A stretch of DNA of 33,496 nucleotides from Candidatus Aenigmatarchaeota archaeon. GTDB lineage: Archaea; Aenigmatarchaeota; Aenigmatarchaeia; CG10238-14; WAMV01. The notes beneath the pieces are model-generated. The model ran no database searches, was not told the DNA's origin, and was given only the letters and a program-made list of their open reading frames with translations. A program made the translations under genes and the position numbers. The DNA lies in contig WAMV01000012.1 of NCBI GenBank assembly GCA_015522145.1, positions 1-33,496 of the forward strand. Direction: 5' to 3'. Positions 1-9,578 of this stretch are shown one piece after another (within the stretch, counting starts at the first letter, position 1; each line of letters opens with the position of its first letter).

Positions 1-52
1 ATTACAGAAGAGGAAATAAAAACCTTGTTAAAAACTCTATCAGGTGTTTGAA

Positions 53-268
53 ATGGCAAAAAAGGTAGGTCCTGCAGGAAGGTATGGAAGTAGATATGGA
101 AAGAGAATTAGAGAAATGGTTCTTAAAATTGAAAAAAAACAAAGGCAAAGGCATGTCTGTCCAAAATGCAAAATGAAAAAAGTTAAAAGAGTATCTACAG
201 GTATATATTTATGTAAAAAATGCGGCACCAAGTTTGCTTCTGGTGCCTATTATCCTGAAGGTGCTTAA
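53..268 (+). CDS. rpl37ae: ribosomal protein L37Ae (eL43)
   Basis: MAKKVGPAGRYGSRYGKRIRE... with a C4 zinc ribbon CPKC-x14-CKKC. The track ORF starts at GTG 44, but ATG 53 is preferred because a frame-1 ORF entering from the left stops at 49-51. Confidence 0.9.
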   Translation: MAKKVGPAGRYGSRYGKRIREMVLKIEKKQRQRHVCPKCKMKKVKRVSTGIYLCKKCGTKFASGAYYPEGA

Positions 269-269
269 A

Positions 270-398
270 ATGGTCTATATTTGTACAAACTGTAAAAAAG
301 AAGTAGAAGGGTTTGATGAAAGAGTTAGGTGCCCTTATTGCGGCAACAGAATTTTCAAAAAACCAAGACCTAAAATAGTAACGAAAGTAAAAATATAA
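270..398 (+). CDS. rpoP: DNA-directed RNA polymerase subunit P (Rpo12/RpoP)
   Basis: A 42-codon ORF absent from the track because it is under 60 aa: MVYICTNCKKEVEGFDERVRCPYCGNRIFKKPRPKIVTKVKI. It has a CxxC-x13-CxxC zinc ribbon and sits immediately after L37Ae, the conserved archaeal position. Confidence 0.8.
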   Translation: MVYICTNCKKEVEGFDERVRCPYCGNRIFKKPRPKIVTKVKI

Positions 399-399
399 T

Positions 400-600
400 A
401 TGCATAAAGCAAAGCTCGTACTAACTTTGGATGAAGCTGAAAAAATAGCTAGAAGCCTAGCTGTGGAAAAGGATGTTGGCGTTAAAGTAAAACACAAAAA
501 CAATAAGATTGTTATAGAAATTGAGCAAGAAAAATTAAGTCATCTAAAAGCAATAATAAATTCTTATTTGACCTTAGTAAATATGTTAAAGGAGGTATAG
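400..600 (+). CDS. pcc1: KEOPS subunit Pcc1-like protein
   Basis: 66 aa. The C-terminal LKAIINSYLTLVNMLKEV resembles the Pcc1/CTAG signature (LRA-x-LNS-x-LR). It lies between rpoP and prefoldin beta, as in other archaea. Confidence 0.55.
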   Translation: MHKAKLVLTLDEAEKIARSLAVEKDVGVKVKHKNNKIVIEIEQEKLSHLKAIINSYLTLVNMLKEV

Positions 601-603
601 ACC

Positions 604-903
604 ATGGAAGACGCAAAAAAATTGCAAGAACTTCAACAATATCAGATGCAGCTACAAAACGTTATGATACAGAAACAAGAACTTATGATACAAAAAGCTG
701 AGATTGAAGAAGTTATGAGACAATTGGAAAAATCAAATAAAAATGAAGCCATGAAAATAGTAGGTAATATTATAGTCACAAAAAATATAGAAGATATTAA
801 AAAAGAATTGCAAGATAAATATGAATTTGTTAAATTAAAATTAGAAAATCTTGAAAAATTAGAAAAAAAGTTAATTAAAAACATATCAGAACTTCAGGGT
901 TGA
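604..903 (+). CDS. pfdB: prefoldin beta subunit
   Basis: 99 aa coiled coil - beta hairpin - coiled coil (QELQQYQMQLQ...GNIIVTK...LEKLEKKL). GGAGGT Shine-Dalgarno site at 593-598. Confidence 0.8.
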   Translation: MEDAKKLQELQQYQMQLQNVMIQKQELMIQKAEIEEVMRQLEKSNKNEAMKIVGNIIVTKNIEDIKKELQDKYEFVKLKLENLEKLEKKLIKNISELQG

Positions 904-907
904 TACT

Positions 908-1159
908 ATGGATGTTGCAATAAAACTATTAGATGAGATAATCAATGATAGAACAATACCCAGGAATATAAGAAGGGTAGCTGAGCAAGCTAAGCAAGAG
1001 TTGCTTAATGAGAACAAACCAACAGAGCTAAGAGTAAGCGCAGCTATCCACTTGCTTGATGAAGTTGTTAATGATCCGAACATGCCCCTATACGGCAGAA
1101 CTAGAATCTGGAACATAGTTTCTATCTTGGAGAAAATAAGGGCTCAAGTGGAGAAATGA
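908..1159 (+). CDS. UPF0147 family protein
   Basis: LLDEIINDRTIPRNIRRVAEQA ... LLDEVVNDPNMPLYGRTRIWNIVSILE. This duplicated helical motif is typical of the archaeal UPF0147 family, which usually sits next to pfdB. Confidence 0.7.
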   Translation: MDVAIKLLDEIINDRTIPRNIRRVAEQAKQELLNENKPTELRVSAAIHLLDEVVNDPNMPLYGRTRIWNIVSILEKIRAQVEK

Positions 1160-1190
1160 TATTTATTTTTAAACAACAATAATTGTTAAT

Positions 1191-1484
1191 ATGGAGGATG
1201 AATATTTAGTTCTTGACCCTAGATTAGCAAAAAAGGAAAGTGTGGTTAATTTAAAAGTAGAGAAACTGGAAAGTGTTAAGGATGTCGACAGAGTACTTAA
1301 TCTGCTCAGACAAGGATTTGTTGTTTTCTTAAGAATAAAAGAGTTGAGAGAAAGGAGCTTGAGTGATTTGAAAAGAGCTGTGGAAAAGATTAAGAGAACT
1401 TGCGAAGCAATAGAAGGAGATATAATAGGTGTAGATGAAGACTTTATAATCATCACACCAAAAAATGTTAGAATTTTTAGATAG
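1191..1484 (+). CDS. sepF: SepF-like (DUF552) cell-division protein
   Basis: 97 aa. The pattern VKDVDRVLNLLRQGFVVFLRIKEL...LKRAVEKIK...IEGDIIGVDEDFIIITPKNVRI matches the SepF C-terminal domain layout. Confidence 0.55.
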   Translation: MEDEYLVLDPRLAKKESVVNLKVEKLESVKDVDRVLNLLRQGFVVFLRIKELRERSLSDLKRAVEKIKRTCEAIEGDIIGVDEDFIIITPKNVRIFR

Positions 1485-2943
1485 TTTCTAATTTTTTAGA
1501 CAAGTAAGATTTTAACTTACTAATTTCAATTCTTTCTTGCTCTTTAGTGTCTCTATCTCTAACAGTTATTGTTTTGTCTTTTAGGGTCTGTTCATCAACA
1601 GTTATACAGTATCTGACACCAATTTCATCGGCCTTAGCATATCTTTTACCTATACTTTGCCTATCTTCATAATAACATGAAATGTTAAATTTCTTTAGTT
1701 TCTTTTCTATTTTTTTTGCTGTTTGAATTTGCTTTCTATCTTTTACTAAGGGAAATATTGCAACTTGGTAAGGAGCTAAGAAACCTGGAAGCTTAAGCCA
1801 TTTCCAACCCCGTCCATCATCCTGTAAAGCGTATAACAATACTGCGTATAAGCTTCTCTCAACTCCAAAAGAAGGTTCTATAACATGGGGTATTATTTTT
1901 TTACCATTTTCTTCCACAAAAAGTTCCACACCTGAATGTTTGGTATGTTTCTCCAAATCATAACTTGCTCTATAAGCGTTCCCAACAACTTCCTTCCAAC
2001 CAAAATCAAATTTAATTTCCAAATCAAAATTTCCTTTAGAATAGTGAGGAGTTTCTTCTGGAAGCATGTGCCTAAATCTTAAAGCTTCTTCAGGTATACC
2101 CAATTTTTTGTAGAACCACATTTCTTTAGCCATAAAGTAAGCCAATGCCTGATGAGGTATTAAACCTTCTTTTACAGCATCTTTGGCCTTAATAACTATC
2201 ACATCTTCATTTTTCAGCTGGGCTTCCCTGGTTAGTATCCTTAACTCTTGATTTTTCCATTTGTTAAAATTGGGTATCTTTTTTCTTTTGGGATGAACAA
2301 AATACTCTATTTCTAGTTGAGTAAATTGTCTGAGCCTTACCAAAAAATGCCTGGGAGAAATTTCATTTCTGAAAGATCTTCCTATCTGGGCTATACCAAA
2401 AGGTAGTTTGGGGTTTAGGGAAGATACCAACCTTCTAAAAGCCACAAATATGCCTTGAGCTGTTTCAGGTCTGAGATAAGCCTCTTCCTTGCCTTCAGGC
2501 CCCACATATGTTTGGAACATTAGGTTAAAATGTCTTACTTGCCCAAGCTCTCCTCTACACTTTGGGCACTTTATATTGTTGTTGTATATGATATCTTGCA
2601 ATTCATCCAAACTCTTCCCTTCAACATGTATGTGTAAAGTCTCTTCTATTAAATGGTCTGCTCTGTGGATGGAATGACATTTTTTACATTGAACTATAGG
2701 GTCTGAGAAACTTTCTAAATGACCTGAAGCTTCGAAGACTTTTTTTGGTTGTATTAAAGAAGTCTCAACCTCATAAATATTGTCAGGCTCTACAAACACT
2801 TTTCGCCAAGCCCGTATAAAATTTTCCTTGATTTTTAGGCCTATTGGCCCATAGTTGTAAAAGCCAGCAAATCCACCATAAATTTCGCTTTCTGGAAAAA
2901 ATATGGCTCTTCTCAAACACAGCTGTCTAAGCTCTTCTATCAT
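1477..2943 (-). CDS. glyS: glycyl-tRNA synthetase (archaeal/eukaryotic class II type)
   Basis: N-terminus LCLRRAIFFPESEIYGGFAGFYNYGPIGLKIKENFIRAWR, class II motifs (FRNEISPR) and a C-terminal anticodon-binding domain. Confidence 0.92.
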   Translation of the reverse strand: MIEELRQLCLRRAIFFPESEIYGGFAGFYNYGPIGLKIKENFIRAWRKVFVEPDNIYEVETSLIQPKKVFEASGHLESFSDPIVQCKKCHSIHRADHLIEETLHIHVEGKSLDELQDIIYNNNIKCPKCRGELGQVRHFNLMFQTYVGPEGKEEAYLRPETAQGIFVAFRRLVSSLNPKLPFGIAQIGRSFRNEISPRHFLVRLRQFTQLEIEYFVHPKRKKIPNFNKWKNQELRILTREAQLKNEDVIVIKAKDAVKEGLIPHQALAYFMAKEMWFYKKLGIPEEALRFRHMLPEETPHYSKGNFDLEIKFDFGWKEVVGNAYRASYDLEKHTKHSGVELFVEENGKKIIPHVIEPSFGVERSLYAVLLYALQDDGRGWKWLKLPGFLAPYQVAIFPLVKDRKQIQTAKKIEKKLKKFNISCYYEDRQSIGKRYAKADEIGVRYCITVDEQTLKDKTITVRDRDTKEQERIEISKLKSYLSKKLETI

Positions 2944-2975
2944 AAAAATTAATTCACAGCATAAGCTAAATATCT

Positions 2976-4001
2976 TTATTGAAACCAGCTTTGCAAGCTT
3001 TTCTGAGTGCCTTTTTTCTGAGCTTCTTTCACTTTTTCTAAAGCCTTTCTTATTCTTTCTTCTGAAAAATCTCTTTCTTCGACTAAAAACTTTATTATTT
3101 TGTCCTCATTGATTTCTCCCCACTCTATTTTTACGTTAGTTTCGATGGGTGGGTTTAAGAAGAAATCATATATCTGATGGGCATCAACATCAAAATCCCA
3201 AGACACAAATTTTAAAACTCTGTCTAGCGTCTTATGTTTTTTAACAAGCTCTAAAGCTTTTTTCACACCAATTCCTTTAACCCCATTAGGATTGTAATCT
3301 GTCCCAACTAAAATTCCTATAATTATTAACTGTTCCCTGTTTATACCCAGTCTGGACAAATTTTCGTTCAGGTCTATGATTTCTGGTTTTATTTCTACAT
3401 AAATTTCTTTTCTGGGTAGTTTCCTCTTACCTGTTATAGACAAATTCCTGACAAGTTTTGGCGAACCAAAAAGTAAGGAATCGTAGTCTTGGCTTGCACT
3501 ATAGTCAACATAACCTTCTTTAGCTAACCAAGCACACTGTGCCTCTCCTTCGCTTTTAGCCTGTACCCAAGGTATGCCCATATACTCCAATAATTTTTTT
3601 GATTCTTCAACCATTTCCTCACTAAGCCTTGCTGTGGCTTGAGCATATGTTATGGCTTCCTCACCTCTTTCCAAGGCTTCTCTTAATTTTTCTTCAGCTT
3701 TTCTCTTAGCTTCTTCTCTTCTCTCTATTTCTTCTTTCTTAAACTCTGGTGGTTCGCCATCAAAGCAATAGACCGGTTTGATTCCGTGTTCTAGCAAGTT
3801 TATTGTTCTGTAGAACAAACCAGAGAGATGAGAAGTTACTCTTCCTTTAGAATCTTTTAGCGGCTCCCCAGTAAACCTGTCTCTGATAATTGCAAGAAAC
3901 TGATAAAGAGTGTTAAAAGCGTCTATAGCAACTTTTTTTCCAGAAAGTTGGGTTAACTCAATCTCTTTTTTCTCAAAAAGACCTGATAAATTTACTCCCA
4001 T
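2976..4001 (-). CDS. fen: flap endonuclease FEN-1
   Basis: MGVNLSGLF...[13 protein letters not shown]...; XPG-N/XPG-I motifs ([33 protein letters not shown]); C-terminal [11 protein letters not shown]-like box. Confidence 0.92.
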   Translation of the reverse strand: MGVNLSGLFEKKEIELTQLSGKKVAIDAFNTLYQFLAIIRDRFTGEPLKDSKGRVTSHLSGLFYRTINLLEHGIKPVYCFDGEPPEFKKEEIERREEAKRKAEEKLREALERGEEAITYAQATARLSEEMVEESKKLLEYMGIPWVQAKSEGEAQCAWLAKEGYVDYSASQDYDSLLFGSPKLVRNLSITGKRKLPRKEIYVEIKPEIIDLNENLSRLGINREQLIIIGILVGTDYNPNGVKGIGVKKALELVKKHKTLDRVLKFVSWDFDVDAHQIYDFFLNPPIETNVKIEWGEINEDKIIKFLVEERDFSEERIRKALEKVKEAQKKGTQKSLQSWFQ

Positions 4002-4011
4002 GATTTAGTTT

Positions 4012-4251
4012 TTATTTTTTGCGTTTTTTTGATTTTCTTTTTAGCTCTCTTTCTATTTTATAGTCTTCCAACTCAATCCAAAGAATTAGCAATCCAAACA
4101 AGACTAACAATACAGGAAGTCCGCCGTTTATAACAATTAGAAGATCTTCTAATCCAGATCTGCCCAAATATTGAAATGAGCCTTTTAAGATCCACCAGAT
4201 TGGAGCAAAAACTAGTACTAAACCAATAATGGCATTCTTTATGCTTGCCAT
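4012..4251 (-). CDS. small membrane protein, unknown function
   Basis: 79 aa with two hydrophobic segments and a KRKSKKRKK tail. It sits 10 nt downstream of fen. No recognisable family. Confidence 0.4.
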   Translation of the reverse strand: MASIKNAIIGLVLVFAPIWWILKGSFQYLGRSGLEDLLIVINGGLPVLLVLFGLLILWIELEDYKIERELKRKSKKRKK

Positions 4252-4291
4252 GTTTATATTTATAAGTTAGAAAGTATTTAAATGTGATATT

Positions 4292-4810
4292 ATGGTTTCA
4301 CTTTATTCCATGCTAAAAAAGCTCTGGAAAGGTGGGGAGCTAAGAGAATTGTATAGAGAAAGGCTTATCAAATGGAGAAAGGAGCCTGCGGTAGTAAGAG
4401 TAGAAAGACCGACTAGGTTAGATAGGGCAAGAGCTTTGGGTTACAAAGCAAAAAAAGGCTTTATAATAGTAAGAGTAAGAGTTAGAAAGGGGGGAAGAAG
4501 CAGAAGATTGTATGGAAGGAGAGGAAGAAAACCTTCTAAAGCAGGAGTAAGAAAATTCACGCCTAGAAAATCTTTACAATGGATAGCTGAAGAAAAGGCT
4601 CAAAGAAAGTTTCCAAACTTAGAGGTGCTTAATTCTTATTATGTAGCTGAAGATGGTCAGTATAAGTGGTATGAGGTTATAATGGTCGATCCAAATCAAC
4701 CAACCATTAAAAGTGATAAAAACATTAAGTGGATTGCTGAAAAACAACACAGAAAAAGGGTGTTCAGGGGCTTGACCAGTGCAGGTAAAAAAGCTAGAGG
4801 TTTAAAATAA
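4292..4810 (+). CDS. rpl15e: ribosomal protein L15e
   Basis: [48 protein letters not shown] is the L15e signature. Confidence 0.92.
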   Translation: MVSLYSMLKKLWKGGELRELYRERLIKWRKEPAVVRVERPTRLDRARALGYKAKKGFIIVRVRVRKGGRSRRLYGRRGRKPSKAGVRKFTPRKSLQWIAEEKAQRKFPNLEVLNSYYVAEDGQYKWYEVIMVDPNQPTIKSDKNIKWIAEKQHRKRVFRGLTSAGKKARGLK

Positions 4811-4814
4811 TATT

Positions 4815-5540
4815 ATGAAGTATTATGATTTGCATGTAGAACCTAATTTCTCTCAAGGAGAAAATGTATTAGAAGAGTTTTTAGAAATAGCTCAAGAATT
4901 GGGATATGCAGGGATTGTGTTTATTTTTCCCTGGAAAAAGAACACTCTAGATTTTTTAACAGCGGAAATTGAAAGGCTTAGCTCTATGTTTAAGACCAAA
5001 CCCTTTTTGGGTTTTTACGTTAAAAGTGTCAGGGAATTTAAAGAAGCTGTGAAATATAGAAAGTTTATAGATGTCCTTGCTGTAAAAGGTGGTGATAGCC
5101 GGATGAACAGACTGGCTGTAGACAAAAAAGAAGTTGATTTGTTAATTCACCCAGAAAGGGGTAGAAAAGATTCTGGTCTAAACCATATATTTGCAAGATT
5201 AGCGGCAAAAAACAACACATTTATAGAATTAAATTTCCACGAGCTTGTAGCAAGTACAGAAAGGTTCAAAGTTTTGAAAAAATTTTTCGATAATGTTAAG
5301 CTGGCTATGAAGTATAAGTTTAATATAGTTGTAACTTCTGGGGCCTATTCAAAATGGGAACTTAGAGATCCCATCAGCTTTGTGGCTTTGCTACATGAAT
5401 TAGGTTTTGACTTAAAAACAAGTAAGCAAATGCTCTCAAAAAACATTGAAAAAATGTTAAAGGAGAATAGAAAAAGAAAGAAAAAAGAATGGATAGCTCC
5501 AGGTGTGGAGGTGGTCAAATGGCCTTCCAGAAAAGAATAA
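4815..5540 (+). CDS. rnp3: RNase P protein component 3 (Rpp30)
   Basis: MKYYDLHV... TIM/PHP-like Rpp30 layout, in the conserved position after rpl15e and before Pop5. Confidence 0.75.
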   Translation: MKYYDLHVEPNFSQGENVLEEFLEIAQELGYAGIVFIFPWKKNTLDFLTAEIERLSSMFKTKPFLGFYVKSVREFKEAVKYRKFIDVLAVKGGDSRMNRLAVDKKEVDLLIHPERGRKDSGLNHIFARLAAKNNTFIELNFHELVASTERFKVLKKFFDNVKLAMKYKFNIVVTSGAYSKWELRDPISFVALLHELGFDLKTSKQMLSKNIEKMLKENRKRKKKEWIAPGVEVVKWPSRKE

Positions 5541-5881
5541 AAGTTTTGATACCAACGCTGAGGGAAAGAAAGAGATACATAGCTGTTAAACTAATTTCTG
5601 AAGAAAAATTAATACCTAGTGATGTTGAAGATGCTATCAAAAAAACTTTGCAAAATTTTTATGGAGATTTTGTTTATTCAACTTTTTCTCTAAAAATAGC
5701 AAAAAATTTACTCTACCAAGGAAAAAACATAATAATTTTGAAATGCAACCATCTTTCTGTCAACAGAGTGGTTTTAGGTATTGCTATGCTTGACAGAATA
5801 GGAGATGTTAGGGTTATACCAAAAGTTATAAGTGTATCTGGCACTATTAAAAATTTAAGGAGGAAGATAAAAAATGCCTGA
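5519..5881 (+). CDS. rnp2: RNase P protein component 2 (Pop5)
   Basis: MAFQKRIKVLIPTLRERKRYIAVKL... is a typical Pop5 N-terminus. The track start at 5489 is probably over-extended, so ATG 5519 is chosen. Confidence 0.7.
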   Translation: MAFQKRIKVLIPTLRERKRYIAVKLISEEKLIPSDVEDAIKKTLQNFYGDFVYSTFSLKIAKNLLYQGKNIIILKCNHLSVNRVVLGIAMLDRIGDVRVIPKVISVSGTIKNLRRKIKNA

Positions 5882-6554
5882 ACTGTTGCCAGAATATATG
5901 GGTTATGACAGAACCATAGCTGTTTTTAGCCCAGATGGAAGGCTATTCCAAGTAGAGTATGCAAAAGAGGCTGTAAAAAGAGGGCTAACATCTTTAGGTA
6001 TAACGTATAAGGAAGGCGTTTTGCTAGCAACTGTTAAAATAATCAAACCTCTCCTCGTCACGGAGACTACAGAAAAAATATTCCAGATTGATGATCACTT
6101 GGGTGCAGTAGCAGCTGGTTTGTTAGCTGATGCTCGAGTTCTTATAGACCAAGCTAGAATAAAATCCCAGGTTCACAGAATAACTTATGAAGAACCCATA
6201 GATGTAGTAAGCCTAGCAAAATTTGTTGCTGATAAGATGCAGCTTTCAACGCTTTATGCTGGTTTAAGACCTTATGGAACCACTTTATTAATTGGTGGTA
6301 TGGACTCTAAGCCACATCTTATAGAAGTAGACCCATCTGGTATGATATATGAATGGCAGGCCTATGCTATAGGCAGGGGTGCCAGTGTAGCAAATAAAAT
6401 ACTTAAAGAAAAATGGAAGCCTGGAATGAGTTTTGAGCAAGCCAAAAAACTAGCTGAGGAAATTTTACAAAAAACAGAAAAAGAAAAAGGTAACAAGCTT
6501 AGCATGGCTGTTATAGACAAAAAAGGTTTTAGAATTCTAAACAATCAAAAGTGA
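5874..6554 (+). CDS. psmA: proteasome alpha subunit
   Basis: YDRTIAVFSPDGRLFQVEYAKEAVKRG is the alpha-subunit signature. AGGAGG Shine-Dalgarno site upstream. Confidence 0.93.
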   Translation: MPELLPEYMGYDRTIAVFSPDGRLFQVEYAKEAVKRGLTSLGITYKEGVLLATVKIIKPLLVTETTEKIFQIDDHLGAVAAGLLADARVLIDQARIKSQVHRITYEEPIDVVSLAKFVADKMQLSTLYAGLRPYGTTLLIGGMDSKPHLIEVDPSGMIYEWQAYAIGRGASVANKILKEKWKPGMSFEQAKKLAEEILQKTEKEKGNKLSMAVIDKKGFRILNNQK

Positions 6555-7273
6555 GAGCCTTGGCAATAAGTATTGAAAAAGCGGTCATAGCAAGATTACA
6601 CATTAAAGGAAATAAATTCGAAATTTTGGTAGACCCAAAACTAGCTTGGGAATTTAAGCAGGGAAAGGATATTGACATTGACGAAATTCTGGCTTATCCA
6701 GCAATTTACAGAGATGTTAGGGCTGCAGAGGTTGCTAGTGAAGAGGAATTACAGAGTAATTTTGGCACAACTGATTATAGGGAAGTAGCTAAAAAAATTA
6801 TTAAAGAAGGTGAACTACAGCTAACTGTAGAGCAAAGAAGGGAAATGATAGAACAGAAAAAAAATCAAATAGCTTCAATAATAGCTAAACAAGCTATAAA
6901 TCCCCAAACAAATACACCACATCCTCCCAGTAGGATTATTAACGCAATGGAACAGTTGGGTATTAACATAGATCCGTTCATAGAGGCTGAGTTGCAAGTG
7001 GAAAGGATTTTACCAGAGCTGAAAAAGTTGTTGCCTCTTAAATTCCAAAAAGTGGTTATGGAAGTAAAGATACCACCAGCTTACGTTGGTAAGATATTCG
7101 CCTCTCCCTTGAAAAAGTATGCTACCATTAAAGAAGAATCCTGGGAAAGTGATGGCAGTCTGAAACTAAAATTAGAATTTTTTGCTGGAAGCCAGCAAGA
7201 AATAGAAAAAGTTATAGCTAATGCTACTCACGGCAATTTTGAGTCCAAAATACTGGAGAGGATTGATGTATGA
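6551..7273 (+). CDS. sdo1: SBDS/Sdo1 ribosome maturation protein
   Basis: GTG start overlapping the psmA stop (GTGA). The sequence VIARLHIKGNKFEILVDPKLAWEFKQGK matches the SBDS N-terminal (FYSH) domain. Conserved superoperon position. Confidence 0.85.
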   Translation: MRALAISIEKAVIARLHIKGNKFEILVDPKLAWEFKQGKDIDIDEILAYPAIYRDVRAAEVASEEELQSNFGTTDYREVAKKIIKEGELQLTVEQRREMIEQKKNQIASIIAKQAINPQTNTPHPPSRIINAMEQLGINIDPFIEAELQVERILPELKKLLPLKFQKVVMEVKIPPAYVGKIFASPLKKYATIKEESWESDGSLKLKLEFFAGSQQEIEKVIANATHGNFESKILERIDV

Positions 7274-7926
7274 TAAGGAAAATTGTGTTGCCTGGAGAAT
7301 ACCTAGAAGAGCAGAGAGGAAGAAAATTAGGTACGGGTGTGTATAAAGAAGGAACTAAAGTATTCTCAGCTGTCCTAGGCACACCAAAAATTAGCGACAC
7401 AGAAATTTCTGTAATACCGCTAGCAGGAAAATATATACCGAAAGTTAACAACATGGTTATAGGTGTTATAAAGGATGTAGAAATAACAGGATGGGTTGTT
7501 GATATTAATGCGCCTTACATGGCATACTTACCTTTAAGCGAAGGTGTTAAGGAATTTGTTGACATCAAGAAAGTTGATCTAAGCCAATTTTATGATATTG
7601 GTGATTGGATTTATTGTCAGATTTTCAAAGTACCCAGAAATAAAATAGTCCAGCTGAGCATGAAAGCTGAAAACGCTAGAAAGTTGGAAGGTGGAGTAAT
7701 TGTTAAAATAACACCTTATAAAATACCGAGGTTAATAGGTAAAGGTGGTAGCATGATTAAGATTATTAGCGAGAAAACAAAAACAACAATAATACCTGGT
7801 CAAAATGGTTTGGTTTGGGTTAAAGGTAAAGATGTGGAAAAAGCTATAAAGGCTATAGAGCTTATAGAAAAGGAATCCTATATTTATGGGCTGACAGAAA
7901 AAGTTACGAGGTTGTTGGAAAAATGA
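7270..7926 (+). CDS. rrp4: exosome complex RNA-binding protein Rrp4 (S1 + KH)
   Basis: VLPGEYL N-terminal domain, S1 domain, and KH motif IGKGGSMIKII. Confidence 0.88.
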   Translation: MIRKIVLPGEYLEEQRGRKLGTGVYKEGTKVFSAVLGTPKISDTEISVIPLAGKYIPKVNNMVIGVIKDVEITGWVVDINAPYMAYLPLSEGVKEFVDIKKVDLSQFYDIGDWIYCQIFKVPRNKIVQLSMKAENARKLEGGVIVKITPYKIPRLIGKGGSMIKIISEKTKTTIIPGQNGLVWVKGKDVEKAIKAIELIEKESYIYGLTEKVTRLLEK

Positions 7927-8627
7927 AGGGTAATGTTGAGTTAATAATTGACGGAAAAAGATTGGATGGAAGAAAGCCTTTGGAAATGAGAGAAGTAGAG
8001 ATGAAAGTAAACGTAGTTAGGAATGCTGATGGTTCCGCTTACGTCAGATTTGGAAAAACTATAGCTATAGCTGCGGTTTATGGCCCAACGATTTTATTAC
8101 CTAAGCATTTACAAGAAGACAAGCTTTTGGTTAAAGTAAGGTATAGCATGCTACCCTTTTCTGTGGATGAAAGAAAGTCTCCAGGTCATGATAGGAGAAG
8201 TATTGAATTGAGTAAAGTTATTAAAAATGCTTTAGCTCCAGCAATTATGCTTGATGAGTACCCTAGGGCTGTGCTTAAAGTTTACGTTGAAATAATTCAA
8301 GCAGATGGCTCTACTAGAGTCACAGGTACCAATGCAGCAAGTTTAGCTTTAGCTATGGCTGGCGTGCCAATGAAAGATTTGGTTACAGCATGCTCTGTCG
8401 GTAAAATAAATGATACTATAGTTTTGGATTTGAACGGTATAGAGGATAATAATTCACAAGCAGACATGGCTTTTGCTATGATGCCTTCCAAGAATAGAGT
8501 AACTTTATGGCAAATGGATGGTCAGCTCACTAAGGAAGAAATTAAAAAAATGATCAAAATAGCAAGCGATGCATGCAAAAAGCTTTATGATATGCAGAAA
8601 AAAGCAATAAGAGGTGCTTTCAAATGA
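7923..8627 (+). CDS. rrp41: exosome complex exonuclease Rrp41 (RNase PH fold)
   Basis: GKRLDGRKPLEMREVEMKV...ADGSAYVRFGKT...DGSTRVTGTNAASLAL are RNase PH motifs. Confidence 0.9.
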   Translation: MKGNVELIIDGKRLDGRKPLEMREVEMKVNVVRNADGSAYVRFGKTIAIAAVYGPTILLPKHLQEDKLLVKVRYSMLPFSVDERKSPGHDRRSIELSKVIKNALAPAIMLDEYPRAVLKVYVEIIQADGSTRVTGTNAASLALAMAGVPMKDLVTACSVGKINDTIVLDLNGIEDNNSQADMAFAMMPSKNRVTLWQMDGQLTKEEIKKMIKIASDACKKLYDMQKKAIRGAFK

Positions 8628-9382
8628 TGATAGAAGAATATGTTAGGGAAGTATTGAATAAAGGAAGAAGAATAGACGGAAGAAGATTTGATGAATACAG
8701 AAAAATCATTGTGGAAAAGGATATCATTGAGAAAGCAGAAGGTTCCGCGAGAGTAAAGCTTGGTAATACAGAAGTTATAGCTGGTGTTAAGCTTAATGTT
8801 TTGAAACCATTTCCTGATACGCCAGAAGAAGGTGTGCTCATAGTAAATGCAGAATTTTTGCCAATAGCTCATGAAGAGTATGAGCCTGGACCCCCTGGAG
8901 AAGATGAAATAGAACTTGCTAGAGTTGTAGATAGAGCAATAAGAGAAAGCAAAGCTATAAAGCTAGAAGAGCTTTGTATTGAACCTAGCGAAAAAGTTTG
9001 GGGTGTGTTTATAGATATAACCGTTATTAACGATGATGGAAATTTGATGGATGCTGCATGCTTGGCTGCGACCGCAGCATTGGAAGTTACTAAAATACCA
9101 AAATATGAAGAAGACAAAATAATTAGAGGAGAGTATCAGGGTAAATTACCTTTAAGGGCTAAACCTGTTATAGTTACCGTAGCTAAGTACGGAAGAAGAT
9201 TCTTAGTTGATTTGAAAAAGGAAGAAGAGGAAATTATTGATACCAAAGTAAGCATAGGTGTTTTTGATGGTAAAGTTTGCGCTATACAAAAGCAGGGTCA
9301 AGGTTATATATCCTTACGTGATATAGAAACTATATTGGAATTGGCATTAAGAAAAAGTCAAGAGCTTAAGAAGGTGATATGA
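8624..9382 (+). CDS. rrp42: exosome complex component Rrp42
   Basis: GRRIDGRRFDEYRKI...AEGSARVKLGNTEVIAGVK; RNase PH-like inactive partner, placed after rrp41. Confidence 0.9.
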   Translation: MMIEEYVREVLNKGRRIDGRRFDEYRKIIVEKDIIEKAEGSARVKLGNTEVIAGVKLNVLKPFPDTPEEGVLIVNAEFLPIAHEEYEPGPPGEDEIELARVVDRAIRESKAIKLEELCIEPSEKVWGVFIDITVINDDGNLMDAACLAATAALEVTKIPKYEEDKIIRGEYQGKLPLRAKPVIVTVAKYGRRFLVDLKKEEEEIIDTKVSIGVFDGKVCAIQKQGQGYISLRDIETILELALRKSQELKKVI

Positions 9383-9550
9383 ATGCCAATAAAACACATA
9401 ACCAAAAAAATAAAGCTAGCAGCAGTTCATAAAGTAAAGGCTGCTCCCAGATGGGTTGATTTAAAGAAATTTGGAATAAAAAGATCTAGAACCAGAAGAT
9501 TTTTTGTCAAGGGAATAAAAAGATGGAGAAGACAAAGAGTTAGGGTGTGA
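9383..9550 (+). CDS. rpl39e: ribosomal protein L39e
   Basis: A 55-codon ORF not in the track: MPIKHITKKIKLAAVHKVKAAPRWVDLKKFGIKRSRTRRFFVKGIKRWRRQRVRV. It is basic, has the K-L-A...P-x-W pattern and a WRR tail like eL39, and starts directly after the rrp42 stop. Confidence 0.7.
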   Translation: MPIKHITKKIKLAAVHKVKAAPRWVDLKKFGIKRSRTRRFFVKGIKRWRRQRVRV

Positions 9551-9554
9551 AAAG

Positions 9555-9562
9555 AAAAAAAA
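9555..9562 (-). terminator. oligo-T tract downstream of pilin-like gene A
   Basis: A run of 8 A on the plus strand (T8 on the minus strand) lies 17 nt after the stop at 9579. Archaeal terminators are oligo-T runs. Confidence 0.35.
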
Positions 9563-9578
9563 CAAGTAAGTTTTGCTT

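Noticed and set aside
1-51. 3' end of an upstream gene (frame 1, ITEEEIKTLLKTLSGV, stop at 49-51)
   Set aside because: Only 16 codons are visible, which is too short to identify or to be sure it is coding.
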